In this document: piece after piece, positions 39,215-50,090 of the stretch
Layout of the letters: each line of letters starts with the position of its first letter
Position numbering within the stretch: position 1 is the first letter of the stretch
NCBI GenBank assembly: GCA_026391555.1
Contig: JAPLEB010000122.1
Location: 8,778 to 72,777 of the forward strand
Source of the DNA: Bacteroidia bacterium
GTDB taxonomy: Bacteria > Bacteroidota > Bacteroidia > Bacteroidales > VadinHA17
Reading direction: 5' to 3'
DNA: 64,000 nt
Notes under the pieces: model-generated
The model's database searches: none
Seen by the model: only the letters and a program-made list of their open reading frames with translations
Told to the model about the DNA's origin: nothing
Position numbers and translations under genes: made by a program

Positions 39215-40978
39215 ATGAAACTGAAATATATTTTTAAATTTATCGTTCCTTGTGCTGCACTGCTTATAGGGCTGACTTCGTGTACCGATTTTTTGACTGA
39301 GAGTAATGAAAATAGCCGATTAACTCCTGAAGTAACATGGTCTTCTCCTAAATCAGCAGAGGGTGTTTTACTGGCAGTTTATAATAACCTGCCCTCTGAT
39401 TACACGGCCAAAGACGATTGGGCAACTGACGATATGGTCACAAATTTATTGAATGACCAAACCTTAGTAATGGCAACCGGTGGTTGGACATCAACACAAA
39501 ACCCATTGAGTAATTACAATGACATGTATGTGAATTTTGCTCAGCTAAACGACTTTTTAGATCACGTGGACAAGGTGAAATGGACTTTAGAAACAGATAC
39601 CAAAGGTGATACCCTGAATGCGATGTATATCAAACGCCTTAAAGGTGAAGCTTATGGTTTACGCGCGTATTGTGGAGATCAATTGTTGAAAATGGTTGGT
39701 GGAGTGGATCCAAGTGGTAATTTATTGGGTTATCCTATTATGACCTCAGTTGTCAAAACCATTGTCGATGCACAGCTACCTCGCAATACCTACGCCGATT
39801 GTGTAAAACAAATATTTTCGGACTGTGACTCGGCTTTTACAAATTTGCCGTTAATTTATTCAGACGCCGGTTTGAATGCAAATCAAAAACGGGTTCTTGG
39901 GGTGCAGTTTGCAAATCGCATCAACGGGAAATCCGTTAAGTTGATAAAATCGTCTGTTGCTTTAAGGGCTGCGAGTCCTGCATTTGCTGCAAGTGGTGTT
40001 ACATGGGAACAGGCAGCACAATATAGCGCCGATGTATTGAATCTCAACAGCGGGTTAACTAAAATGGTGGCTAAGGATGAACAATTTTACCTGCAGGTAG
40101 ATGCAACTTACCTGAATTCATATACCGAATGTTTTTGGTATAGCACGAATAGTAAATTAAGTTCAACACGGGAATCAAATAACTTTCCTCCATCCTTGTT
40201 TGGAAAAGGACAGATTAATCCTTCTCAGAATTTAGTAGATTGTTTCCCTGATAAAAATGGTTATCCAATCACATCTTCTACAGTGTATAATGCATCAACG
40301 CCTTATCTTAACAGAGATCCGCGATTAACCATGTATATCTATTACGATGGAGCAAAAACCACCGGAACCGTTACAACCATTAGAACTGCTCAACATATCA
40401 CAGTAGATGCGAAAGACTCTGTAGTAACTTCCACCAGAACGTCCTATTATATGCGTAAACTAATGAACGAGGGAACAATTACAGGGTCTGCAACAACCGG
40501 AAAGCTAACAAGCGTTGTTCATACCTATGTTTATGCACGTTATACGACGGCTTTGCTGAACTTTGCAGAAGCAGCCAATGAAGTTGGTGGACCCGATTAC
40601 GCCATTGGAGGATTTACAGCCCGCCAGGTAATTAATGCTATTCGCGCCAGAGCAGGGATTGTTGGTACTGCTTATACTTCAACGCTTATAACAAAAGATG
40701 ATTTTAGAACATTGATTCATAATGAACGCCGCATAGAGCTTTGTTTCGAAGGACACCGTTTTTGGGATTTAAGAAGATGGGTGAATGGAGTAACCGATGT
40801 TGCTGGTTTAAGCAAACTAAATGAACCGGTTGCAGGAATAGTAATTAATTCAACAGCCACAGCTTTTACTCCAATACCTCAATTGGAAATACGCTCATAT
40901 CAACCTTACATGATTTATGGTCCTATACCATATAGTGAAACTTTGAAATATAATATAATACAAAACCAAGGCTGGTAA
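39215..40978 (+). CDS. SusD/RagB-family lipoprotein (pair 2)
   Basis: Contains ELCFEGHRFWDLRRW. The ATG at 39215 gives the lipoprotein signal MKLKYIFKFIVPCAALLIGLTSC. The track ORF starts at a TTG at 39098 inside SusC. Confidence 0.85.
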   Translation: MKLKYIFKFIVPCAALLIGLTSCTDFLTESNENSRLTPEVTWSSPKSAEGVLLAVYNNLPSDYTAKDDWATDDMVTNLLNDQTLVMATGGWTSTQNPLSNYNDMYVNFAQLNDFLDHVDKVKWTLETDTKGDTLNAMYIKRLKGEAYGLRAYCGDQLLKMVGGVDPSGNLLGYPIMTSVVKTIVDAQLPRNTYADCVKQIFSDCDSAFTNLPLIYSDAGLNANQKRVLGVQFANRINGKSVKLIKSSVALRAASPAFAASGVTWEQAAQYSADVLNLNSGLTKMVAKDEQFYLQVDATYLNSYTECFWYSTNSKLSSTRESNNFPPSLFGKGQINPSQNLVDCFPDKNGYPITSSTVYNASTPYLNRDPRLTMYIYYDGAKTTGTVTTIRTAQHITVDAKDSVVTSTRTSYYMRKLMNEGTITGSATTGKLTSVVHTYVYARYTTALLNFAEAANEVGGPDYAIGGFTARQVINAIRARAGIVGTAYTSTLITKDDFRTLIHNERRIELCFEGHRFWDLRRWVNGVTDVAGLSKLNEPVAGIVINSTATAFTPIPQLEIRSYQPYMIYGPIPYSETLKYNIIQNQGW

Positions 40979-41005
40979 GTCATAAAACAACAAAAATCAA
41001 ATAAA

Positions 41006-42118
41006 ATGAAAAAAAATATATTAAGCTCTATTTTTGCTGTGTTTTTGATTTCGGGTTGTACCAACGACCCAAACGATTTTCCAAACTACACAGAACAATC
41101 AACTTATTTCCCATATCAATTTCCTGTACGCACACTTGTATTTGGAGAATCTAATGTGGATAACTCAATTGACTTGCAGCACGCATTTAATATAGGAGCA
41201 TGTGTGGGCGGATTGTATGTAAATGACAAAGACTGGAATCTTACTTATGGATTAGCCCCTGAGTATTTAAATTACCTGACAAACTATCAGGTAGTGGATC
41301 CAAGCGGAGTTACAACAACTGTGAAAATGCTACCTTCAAATTACTACAATTTGGCTACAACGAGCGATTCTACCATTGTAATACCCAAAGGCAGTTTTTC
41401 AGGTCTTTTAAAAGTTAATTTGACTGATGCGTTCTTTAATGATACAAATTCATACAAGGTACTTTATGTACTCCCTCTAAAAATTAAGTCAGCTTCAACA
41501 AATATCTTAACAGGAACACCAAATGTAGATTTGAGTTTAAATCCATATCCAAATCCCGTTTTATCAACAGATTGGGCTACCGGTTTTGCTCCAATGAACT
41601 TTACGATGTTTGCCATTCGATATATAAACCCCTGGCACGGAACATTTTTCTATCGTGGAAAGCAATACAAGAATGGGGTTTTGGATAATACGTATCATCA
41701 ATTGGATATTGAATCGAATACTACTGCTTCGGTTGCCACAGCTGGTTTTACAAAGTGTCTTTTCAAACGTATGGGTACATTTGTTACCAGTACTAATGAG
41801 TCTATGTTGACATTTTCATCAGATACGGAAGGTGTTGGTAATATTACTGTGTCAAGCGCAAATGGCTCTTTATTAGGTGTAACTGGTACAGGTAAATACT
41901 ATAAATCAAACACTGAGTTTGCCAAGAAATACGGAGCTTGGTTGATTAACCCAATAACAGGTTTACCTACTCCTCATCTGACCATGACCCTTGATTATAC
42001 TGTCACTGGAATTTCTGCAGGAAATACATATCATTTTGTTGATACATTGGTCATACGTGATAATGCAATGGTTTTTCAGGAATTTACACCTGTTGCAACT
42101 ACACTAACTCATTACTAA
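41006..42118 (+). CDS. PUL-associated surface lipoprotein (SusE/F-like or DUF1735-like)
   Basis: 370 aa with the lipobox LISGC. It sits directly after SusD. It is beta-rich and I see no catalytic motif. Confidence 0.55.
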   Translation: MKKNILSSIFAVFLISGCTNDPNDFPNYTEQSTYFPYQFPVRTLVFGESNVDNSIDLQHAFNIGACVGGLYVNDKDWNLTYGLAPEYLNYLTNYQVVDPSGVTTTVKMLPSNYYNLATTSDSTIVIPKGSFSGLLKVNLTDAFFNDTNSYKVLYVLPLKIKSASTNILTGTPNVDLSLNPYPNPVLSTDWATGFAPMNFTMFAIRYINPWHGTFFYRGKQYKNGVLDNTYHQLDIESNTTASVATAGFTKCLFKRMGTFVTSTNESMLTFSSDTEGVGNITVSSANGSLLGVTGTGKYYKSNTEFAKKYGAWLINPITGLPTPHLTMTLDYTVTGISAGNTYHFVDTLVIRDNAMVFQEFTPVATTLTHY

Positions 42119-42327
42119 ACCATAGCATTTTATGTTCAAATAAACTTCCAATGATACTTAATTGATTAAGTGGATGTTTTTATTATATTTTAAAATTAAA
42201 AGTATTAAAGAATATTAATGGAAATAAATAAAATATGAAACCCACATGTTATGCTAACAAAAACACTTATTTATAATTTTTATCAACATGTGCGGTTCCA
42301 TCATACCTTAAAAATCAAAATTATATT

Positions 42328-44367
42328 ATGATGAAAATAAAATTACTTAAAAACTGCATTTTATTTATTTCAATGTTTTTTTTCGTAACAACATTGCAAT
42401 CACAATCCCTGTCAGTTTCTGCTTATGGAGTCTGGGATAGAGGTGATGGTGTTACTGATTTTTCGGACCCAAATTATGATTTTGTGCTTGGCATAGAGTC
42501 TGCTGCATATTGGTCGGATGTAAACCCTGTTCGGAATAACTTTAATTTTTCTGCATTACAGCTTGACTTGGATAAAGCATTTGCAAATAATAAATTAATT
42601 AGATTCAGTATTGGGGTAGGTCCAAATGGACCTGATTGGATGTATGATAATGATTCGGATTCTACTAATAATCCTTATCCGCAAATGCGAAAAGTGACTA
42701 CTAGTGGTGGTAATGATAAGGATAAATTCCCTTACTATCCACAATATTTATCTCAAACGCATAAGGATTATTTATTTAAGCTTATTCAGGAATTTTCTAT
42801 TTTCCTTAGGAATCAGCCAAAGGAGAAATTTGATTTGATTGCTTTTGTTCAAATTAAAACAGGCTGTACAGGAGACGAGGTTGCCTATAAAGGAACTGTT
42901 GACAATCCAGCTGATGCCATATCAAATGATGATTGGGAAAAGTATCGTTATGAGGTTTTTAATGAATACAAAAAGTGGTTTAACGATGTGCCAGACAGAA
43001 GGATAGTGTTAACATTTAACAGCTTAGATCCTTTTGAACCCGGGAAAGTTGAAGCCTGGAATTGGGTTACAACTCATATTGATCCTCAAATTGGTTTTGG
43101 AATTAAAGGCGGGGCTTTTAACAGGGGGCATCATTTATCGGATGAACAACCTTATAAAGAAACCTGGACCCCTTATTTAATCAATCCTAAAGGGACGAAA
43201 CTATTCTCGGCCTCAGAAATGGATCAATCTTGGACTAAAGGATATTTTACTATTAACTATGAAATTGGGTTTTATTGGGGAGCACTTGCGGGTATCAATG
43301 TAGGCTTGTCTACTTATAATGTAAGTAAATCCGCAATGGATTATGCATCTACCCATCCAGGGATTAGGGATATCTTTAGAATGTTCAGTAAATACGCACA
43401 ACAGGTATATCCAGCAACTGCCACAACAGCCTTTTCTATATTTCATGAAGGACTAAATTCTGCCGATAAAATAAAATTTCCTGAAAATATTTATGGAAAA
43501 AGTACTATGGTCAATTTAGACCGCTACAGAAAAATTTGCAAAGCTTATGAAGCCAGAGGAGCTCGAATCGATGATTCGCTAGCCGTTGTTCAAGGACAAG
43601 TTTATCAACGTGATAAACAGACAGGTTATAATGATGCCGGTTGGGAGATTGCAGAAGGTAATATTGAACGGTTTTTTACTCAAATTAAACCTGATTCAAC
43701 TTCTATTGGATTATTTAGGGTACGTGGAACAATTGATCAAAATTCCTCTAAGTACGATCGATTTGCCCGTTCATTTGAAAACGCAACAGGTAAAAACACC
43801 ATGTTTTGTAAATTTGATAATGAGGTATTTGCAAATTCGACTCCAAAAAGTTTAAAATTTAAAATTATTTGGTTAGATAAAATTGTAGGTTCAACCTGGT
43901 CTTTCAACTATAAATCCGAGCAAGGAATAAAGAGTGCTATTCAGGTTACAGGCATAGGTGATAATTCCTGGAAGGAAGTTTATTTTACAATTAACGATGC
44001 GATTGTGGATGGTAGTGGTTTGTTAGGTTCTGATTTTACACTTGTAAATACAGACGATAAGGATGATATTTTTAATGGTATTGAAGTAGATATTGAACGA
44101 GTGACAACCGGCGTAAAAGATATTGTTAACGACAAAGAAAATTCGTTTCAACTCTTTCCTAACCCTGTAAAATCGGTTTTGAATTGGGAAAATAGTATGA
44201 ATATCGACCGTGTAAAGATTTACAGTATTAACGGAGTATTATTATTCCAATCATCTAACACAGAAACCGGATCTATTGATCTCAGCCAGTTAAAAAGAGG
44301 AATGTATTTTTGCCAACTCTGTAAAGGTAATCAGGTAATTCATTCAGGGAAATTTATAAAAGAATAA
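42328..44367 (+). CDS. Unassigned putative glycoside hydrolase, paralog 1, with T9SS C-terminal domain
   Basis: 679 aa with a signal peptide. It is paralogous to 50087..51877 and 44380..46128. The C-terminal ~75 aa (FQLFPNPVKSVLNW...IYSINGVLLF...GMYFCQL) is a T9SS sorting domain. Confidence 0.7.
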   Translation: MMKIKLLKNCILFISMFFFVTTLQSQSLSVSAYGVWDRGDGVTDFSDPNYDFVLGIESAAYWSDVNPVRNNFNFSALQLDLDKAFANNKLIRFSIGVGPNGPDWMYDNDSDSTNNPYPQMRKVTTSGGNDKDKFPYYPQYLSQTHKDYLFKLIQEFSIFLRNQPKEKFDLIAFVQIKTGCTGDEVAYKGTVDNPADAISNDDWEKYRYEVFNEYKKWFNDVPDRRIVLTFNSLDPFEPGKVEAWNWVTTHIDPQIGFGIKGGAFNRGHHLSDEQPYKETWTPYLINPKGTKLFSASEMDQSWTKGYFTINYEIGFYWGALAGINVGLSTYNVSKSAMDYASTHPGIRDIFRMFSKYAQQVYPATATTAFSIFHEGLNSADKIKFPENIYGKSTMVNLDRYRKICKAYEARGARIDDSLAVVQGQVYQRDKQTGYNDAGWEIAEGNIERFFTQIKPDSTSIGLFRVRGTIDQNSSKYDRFARSFENATGKNTMFCKFDNEVFANSTPKSLKFKIIWLDKIVGSTWSFNYKSEQGIKSAIQVTGIGDNSWKEVYFTINDAIVDGSGLLGSDFTLVNTDDKDDIFNGIEVDIERVTTGVKDIVNDKENSFQLFPNPVKSVLNWENSMNIDRVKIYSINGVLLFQSSNTETGSIDLSQLKRGMYFCQLCKGNQVIHSGKFIKE

Positions 44368-44379
44368 ACAAACAACAAA

Positions 44380-46128
44380 ATGATGAAAATATATATTTTA
44401 ATTATTTATATTCTGATTGCCTTACAACAAAGTACTTTTAGTCAGCTTTATTCGCAAAAGGCAGAAAAACAGGCTCCCGGGATTTTTCCAAAAGAAGCTT
44501 GTGGTGTTTGGTGCTGGTACTCGTGGGGTGGCACACCAAGTAAGTGGAATGGCAAAATTGAAGCCAACGAAACTTATTCAAAAATGCGTGGTGTACCCAT
44601 CGTGATTGGGTGGAATGAGTTGGAACCAAAGGAAGGAGTAGTAAACTGGGATTTAATTGATGATATCATTAAAAAAGCAGCTGCTCACAAAAAATATGTA
44701 TTTACATTATTATGGCTGAATCCAACTGAACCAGATTGGTTGTATGAGAATGGTGTACCAAAGGTGGAGATAAAGACGTTTAAATCGGACAAAAATTTTT
44801 CTTACAATGCCTATCCGATGGATCCAAAATACAAGTTCTATTCCGAACGGATTATTACACAGTTAGCCGACCATCTTCGGAGTTTGCCCGACAGCTTGTT
44901 TAAGCACATACTTTTTCATCAGGCAGTGGAAGGCTCAACCGGCGATGGGTTTTGTTACAAAGGCGATCCTGTTGACCCCAAATTTAATGTAGACAAAAAA
45001 GAAGAATGGCCTGCCTATCAGGCATATATCAGAAAATTTACTATTAATGCTTTTACTAACGAAAGTAACGGTAAGCCTGCTATCCCATTGTTGATACATA
45101 CTGAAGACATGAACTGGGGAGCGAAAGAATATCCCGGTTTTATTGTCAAAAAAGGAGTTGCATCGCATTTCTACGGTATGAATGACACAAAAGAAAAAAT
45201 TGATATTTATAAACCATGGGATACTGACAAAAATAGTTTGCATCGTCCGGTGTTTAGTCGGGGCGAAGGCGAGACAATGTGGATGCATGAATGGTTTATA
45301 AAAGACTCCCTTCAAAATTTATACTGGAGTGCCCTGTATGCTTTACATTCTGGTTTGGATATCTGGAACATTCCCCAAAATGTACTTGAAAACCCCAAAT
45401 TATATCAGGCTTTAGATATATTTGATAAATATGCCGGGTATAAATATCCTGAACGGTCTCCGGTAGCCTTTTGTGCCATGAGAGATCAATTAAATGCTGA
45501 TGATAAAATCCGTTTCCCTGAAAATATTTATGGTGATGCCAACAAAAATAATACCGAAAGAGTACAAAAAATCTGCGCAGCTTTTGCGAGTCATGGTGCA
45601 ATCGTTGAAGATGTAGAAAAAAGCTTAGCCGGTTCACTCGCAAGTCGCGGCAGAAAAGGATATAATGATGTAGGTTGGAATTGTATAGACGATGATTATA
45701 ACCTGTATTTATATTCAATTGATAAAGTTCAAACGAGTGTAGGATGGTGGCACGTTGGTCCAAAAGATAAACCTTATGGTCTTTCTGCGAGAGGTTTTGA
45801 ACACGCCACAGGAAAAGATACACTCTTTTTTAAATTTCACAGTGACTTTTTTAAGACTACAAATGCTACCGCAAAAACCTTAACCTTCCGAATTGTTTGG
45901 CTCGACAACAATAAAGGTTCATGGAATTTCTGCTATGATGCCGGAGGTAAAACATTAAAAATAGCTAAAACTTTCACGGGTAAAGGAACCAACAGCTGGC
46001 GCGAAGATTATGTATCTGTAACCGATGCCATAATGAAAAATAATGGACCGGGAGGTTCAGATATTGCAATGATAAATGCAGGAAAAGAGGATCATATTTT
46101 CCATTTGATTGAAGTGGAAAGGAAATAA
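44380..46128 (+). CDS. Unassigned putative glycoside hydrolase, paralog 2 (diverged)
   Basis: 582 aa with a signal peptide. GWNELEPKEGVVNWDLIDDIIKKAAAHKKYVF resembles the first strands of clan GH-A barrels. It shares FPENIYG, GYNDVGW, ATGKDT and IVWLD with paralogs 1 and 3. Confidence 0.7.
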   Translation: MMKIYILIIYILIALQQSTFSQLYSQKAEKQAPGIFPKEACGVWCWYSWGGTPSKWNGKIEANETYSKMRGVPIVIGWNELEPKEGVVNWDLIDDIIKKAAAHKKYVFTLLWLNPTEPDWLYENGVPKVEIKTFKSDKNFSYNAYPMDPKYKFYSERIITQLADHLRSLPDSLFKHILFHQAVEGSTGDGFCYKGDPVDPKFNVDKKEEWPAYQAYIRKFTINAFTNESNGKPAIPLLIHTEDMNWGAKEYPGFIVKKGVASHFYGMNDTKEKIDIYKPWDTDKNSLHRPVFSRGEGETMWMHEWFIKDSLQNLYWSALYALHSGLDIWNIPQNVLENPKLYQALDIFDKYAGYKYPERSPVAFCAMRDQLNADDKIRFPENIYGDANKNNTERVQKICAAFASHGAIVEDVEKSLAGSLASRGRKGYNDVGWNCIDDDYNLYLYSIDKVQTSVGWWHVGPKDKPYGLSARGFEHATGKDTLFFKFHSDFFKTTNATAKTLTFRIVWLDNNKGSWNFCYDAGGKTLKIAKTFTGKGTNSWREDYVSVTDAIMKNNGPGGSDIAMINAGKEDHIFHLIEVERK

Positions 46129-46386
46129 TAATGGTGTTATGTTAATTATAATATGACTATTTAAACACATCCCATACAGCAAAAAAAATGCAGTATGGTA
46201 ATAAAAAAAGGAAATAGACTTGTCGAAGTTATGGAATTAAAAACAAAGAAGGACTGGGCAATGCTAGTAATATGAATATCATAGAAAAAGTAAGAGGTGC
46301 TTTTGTTTGATACATGAAGTAGTTTGTGTTTTCTTAATAATAATAGAATTAAAGCTGGTAGTTTTTGGTTTAATAAATGTTTTAAG

Positions 46387-48519
46387 ATGAAAATAAATGG
46401 TTTAGTTGCCACACTATTGTTGGTAATGTTTAATTTAGTTGCTGCAGTGCAACCTATTGTGAAATACAATAACAATAGTGCCGAGTATAGTATACAATGG
46501 GAAAAACAGTTTGCTCAGATAAATAATCTTTCACCGGAGATTGAAATCAACGACAAATGGATATCAATGAGCGAATTTAAAAGCATAAAATGGGAAAAAA
46601 GAGATGGTAATCGCCTGAGTGAAAAAAACAAATATTCCGGCAAAGTTGAGTATTTATATCTCATCTGTGAAAATCATCCGTTGATTTCTAAGTTCACGAT
46701 AGAATTTGAACTAATGGAAGATCGCCCTTATTTAGTGATGAATGCTTCGCTTCAAGTTGACAAAAAAATCAAATTAGGAGGAATCCGACTTTTTAACTCC
46801 GCCAAAGAAAATATTGTTTTGCCCGGAGAAAGTAAAGATTGGATTATTTTTAACGAAAGTGCATCAGCGCCACATGTTGGCGCATTAATGTATCCATATC
46901 AATTAAATACAAAAAAAGCAAAACAGGGCTCATTTTCTAAAGCTGATACGGGTGTTTGGTTGAGTATGTTGGTCAATGACAGTAAAAATTGTGCCTTTTC
47001 ATTTGCCAGTATTTCAGGCGAATTGTGGCCCAACAATTTTAAATGGGAATTACCTGTAGAAAACGATGTCAACAAACTGAAAGTATCAGCCCGGAGTGGC
47101 GCTATTGACGAAAAAGAAAAAATATGGGTTCCAGCCGGTAAAACCATCACTACTGATGCTTTTATAGTAGGTTTCTGGGAAAATCAACGTCCAACGAAAA
47201 CATTATTGGAGACTGGTGAGATCATAGGTGAAAATGTACGAAAAGGAAAGCCAATGCATTGCCCTGAGCCGGGTTGGAGTTCGTGGCATTCTTATGATCG
47301 TAGGATAACTGAAAAGCAATTTTTAATTACAACAGATTTTATTAATCAAAATTTAAAGGAGTATGGTTGGAAAACACTTCAGATAGATGGTGGATGGTGG
47401 ACAGATCAAGGTCTTTATGCCGTAAATGATTCATTTCCTCATGGAATTCGTTATCTGTCGAACTATGTAACGGAAAGAGAACTTGATTTCGGTTTACACG
47501 TTAGCCCTTTACGTACCAATACAACTGACCCTGTAGTAAAACGACATCCCGATTGGATTTTGCGACCCATTACTTCAAAAAAAGTAGATAAGAGCGATGA
47601 AGAAATGGTAACAACTCTTGGGACAGTTTATGTTGATGGCAGCCACCCCGAAGTTCCTGCATTTTTAGCTGGTCGTTATCAACAACTGGTGGAAGGCTAC
47701 AAACCTTCCTTTATGAAATGGGACCATCATTATGGCGCGTTGGAAGAAGGAAATCGTTACGATTCTACCATGACTTTCCTGCAAGCTCACAATATAACTA
47801 TCAGAGCCATTCGTAGTGCTTTACCCGACGATTTAATTATTACCCGCAGCATGGGATATCTGTTTGGTGCATTGGAATGTTACGATGCCATTCGTATAGG
47901 TCAGGACATTAATCGTCCTGGAATAAAATCGGCAGAAGAACCCTATACTAACATTACTTACGGCAAAACACTGGGTACTATCGAAGACGATCAGGTAGAA
48001 AAAGGATTGATACGATTTGCACGTCAGGCTGCACAAAACTTCTATACACACAAAAATATTGCCATTTGTGATCCGGATGCATTTTTTGTTTCCCCGCAAT
48101 ATACAATCAATGAAGCCAAATGTCACATGACACTGGAGGCCATTATGGGCGGGCTTTTCTTTTTTGGTGATAAAGTGGAATCGTTACCGGCTGAACGTTT
48201 AGAGTTATTGAAAAACAAAGATATAATAGCAGTAAATAAATTGGGAGTTCATGCCATTCCGCTCGATTTGTTTACCGGGGTAGATATTCCAACTATTTGG
48301 AAATTAGAGACAAAAGATCGGCTAATTATCACTGTATTCAACTGGCTCGATAACGAAGTGACCAAAACATACAATCTCAAAACCGATTTCGAGTTAAACA
48401 ATTCAAAATATAAGCTTACGGAATTGTGGACAAAAAAGAACTTCGACTTAATTGCAAATAAATTGACACTGATTCAACCGGCTCATTCTGTTAAAATCTT
48501 AGAGTTTGAAAAATTGTAA
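46387..48519 (+). CDS. Clan GH-D (GH27/GH36-like) protein, second copy
   Basis: GWSSWHSY, LQIDGGWWTDQG, SFPHGIRYL and SFMKWDHHYG. The signal peptide starts at the ATG at 46387 (MKINGLVATLLLVMFNLVAA). The track start at 46324 is a TTG. Confidence 0.65.
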   Translation: MKINGLVATLLLVMFNLVAAVQPIVKYNNNSAEYSIQWEKQFAQINNLSPEIEINDKWISMSEFKSIKWEKRDGNRLSEKNKYSGKVEYLYLICENHPLISKFTIEFELMEDRPYLVMNASLQVDKKIKLGGIRLFNSAKENIVLPGESKDWIIFNESASAPHVGALMYPYQLNTKKAKQGSFSKADTGVWLSMLVNDSKNCAFSFASISGELWPNNFKWELPVENDVNKLKVSARSGAIDEKEKIWVPAGKTITTDAFIVGFWENQRPTKTLLETGEIIGENVRKGKPMHCPEPGWSSWHSYDRRITEKQFLITTDFINQNLKEYGWKTLQIDGGWWTDQGLYAVNDSFPHGIRYLSNYVTERELDFGLHVSPLRTNTTDPVVKRHPDWILRPITSKKVDKSDEEMVTTLGTVYVDGSHPEVPAFLAGRYQQLVEGYKPSFMKWDHHYGALEEGNRYDSTMTFLQAHNITIRAIRSALPDDLIITRSMGYLFGALECYDAIRIGQDINRPGIKSAEEPYTNITYGKTLGTIEDDQVEKGLIRFARQAAQNFYTHKNIAICDPDAFFVSPQYTINEAKCHMTLEAIMGGLFFFGDKVESLPAERLELLKNKDIIAVNKLGVHAIPLDLFTGVDIPTIWKLETKDRLIITVFNWLDNEVTKTYNLKTDFELNNSKYKLTELWTKKNFDLIANKLTLIQPAHSVKILEFEKL

Positions 48520-48608
48520 GTAATAAAAGAAATAATCAGCAAAAAAAAGACTAAAAATTAGGACCAGTATTTTATAAACTACGATAAAAAAATATAACAA
48601 AAAATAGT

Positions 48609-50090
48609 ATGCAATCAAGTTTTATTAAAGCCGGGATATTTCCTCTCTTGTCAACAGTTGCTTTTCCATTAATTGCCAACACTTACGCAAAAGAGACAAC
48701 TGACAAGCCGAATATTATTCTTATTTTATCGGACGATCATAGTTATCCACACTTGGGTTGCTATGGTGATGCCAATGTGTTGAAATATAACATCACACCA
48801 AATTTAGACGCATTTGCCAAACAAGGAGTCAGATTTGAGAGAGCTTATACAACAGCTCCTCAATCTGCACCTTCACGTACTTCTATTTTTACAGGCTGCA
48901 GTCCGGTGAGCATCGATGTAACCCGCTTTGCTGAACCTGCAAGAAAGGACGTGCCATTTTTTACAGATGTATTGAGAAAATCGGGTTATTGGGTTGGTCT
49001 TGACGGTCGCAATCACCATTTGGATGGCACAGAAGATGATAAAAATCCAATGATTAACGAAGTCCTGGCAAAAGAGGGGATGAGAAGTCTCGATCTCCGT
49101 TTTGATCATGTGGCAAAATACAACACCAAAGGCGCTCATTTAGCCGAAGTGCCACAAAGAGTGAACTCCATTTTGGATGAAGTGCCAAAGGGAAAGCCAT
49201 TCTTCCTCTATTTTGGATTCAATCAGCCGCATAGAAAATTTGAAGATGGATACGAAGAGATAAATCCAGATCAATTGGTATTGCCTCCCGATTTCCCCGA
49301 TTTGCCTGAGGTTCGAAAAGATTATGCACGTTATTTATCCGATGTACGCGATATGGACGGCGGATTTGGTGCTATCATGAAGGTGTTGGAAGATCGGAAA
49401 TTGACCAAAAATACCATTGTTATTTTCATGGGTGATAACGGTGAATCGTTGTTGAGGGGTAAAGGAACGCTTCACAGTCGGGGTATTCACGTACCGCTCA
49501 TTATACGTTTTCCAGGCGTTACAAAACCTAATTCGTCGATTAAAACCTTAGTGAGTGGCGAAGACCTTGCCCCGACAATTCTTGATTTAGTGGGATTGTC
49601 TTTTGAGAAAGCAATTACGGGTAGAAGTTTTAGCAATACATTAAAAGGAATTGAGGATCAGAATAAGCGCGAATACGTTTTCGCTGAGCGTGGATGGCAT
49701 TCAGGACCTCTTACCCGAACAGACGGATTCGACCTTTCGAGATCGGTAACCTCCGATCGTTATCATTTTATTTACAATGCGCTGCCAAAACAAGAGTTTG
49801 CACAGGTAGATATGGTGAAAACCGAGGCATGGGAGGAAGTTGTAAAAGCGCATTCTGAAAAGAGATTGTCTGAATTAATTGAGAGTTTTTATTTTTACAA
49901 AGAACGATCGCTTTTTGAATTATACGATTTAGAGAATGACCCTTTTGAGTCCAATAATCTATCAGGACAGAAAGAATACAAAGAAATTGAGAAAGCCCTT
50001 AGAGACGAAATTGAGAAAAAGATGCTCGTAGATCATGATTTTCTTCCGTTGCCCTCTCATATAATTGATAACAATAAAAATAAAAAATGA
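48609..50090 (+). CDS. S1-family sulfatase, Ser-type
   Basis: 493 aa with NIILILSDDHSYPHLGCYG and the motif SAPSRTSIFTG. Confidence 0.9.
   Translation: MQSSFIKAGIFPLLSTVAFPLIANTYAKETTDKPNIILILSDDHSYPHLGCYGDANVLKYNITPNLDAFAKQGVRFERAYTTAPQSAPSRTSIFTGCSPVSIDVTRFAEPARKDVPFFTDVLRKSGYWVGLDGRNHHLDGTEDDKNPMINEVLAKEGMRSLDLRFDHVAKYNTKGAHLAEVPQRVNSILDEVPKGKPFFLYFGFNQPHRKFEDGYEEINPDQLVLPPDFPDLPEVRKDYARYLSDVRDMDGGFGAIMKVLEDRKLTKNTIVIFMGDNGESLLRGKGTLHSRGIHVPLIIRFPGVTKPNSSIKTLVSGEDLAPTILDLVGLSFEKAITGRSFSNTLKGIEDQNKREYVFAERGWHSGPLTRTDGFDLSRSVTSDRYHFIYNALPKQEFAQVDMVKTEAWEEVVKAHSEKRLSELIESFYFYKERSLFELYDLENDPFESNNLSGQKEYKEIEKALRDEIEKKMLVDHDFLPLPSHIIDNNKNKK

Noticed and set aside
42243-42292. 8-bp inverted repeat CACATGTT...AACATGTG upstream of paralog 1 as a possible internal PUL operator
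   Set aside because: The arms are too short and the spacer (34 nt) too long to separate from chance in AT-rich intergenic DNA.
45296-45823. 175-aa minus-strand ORF (and 44935..45315)
   Set aside because: It lies antisense inside paralog 2. Its His/Leu/Arg-rich composition shows no motifs.
46161-46475. 104-aa minus-strand ORF in the gap before the second GH-D-like gene
   Set aside because: It is AT-rich low-complexity translation and overlaps the real start and signal peptide of the + strand gene.
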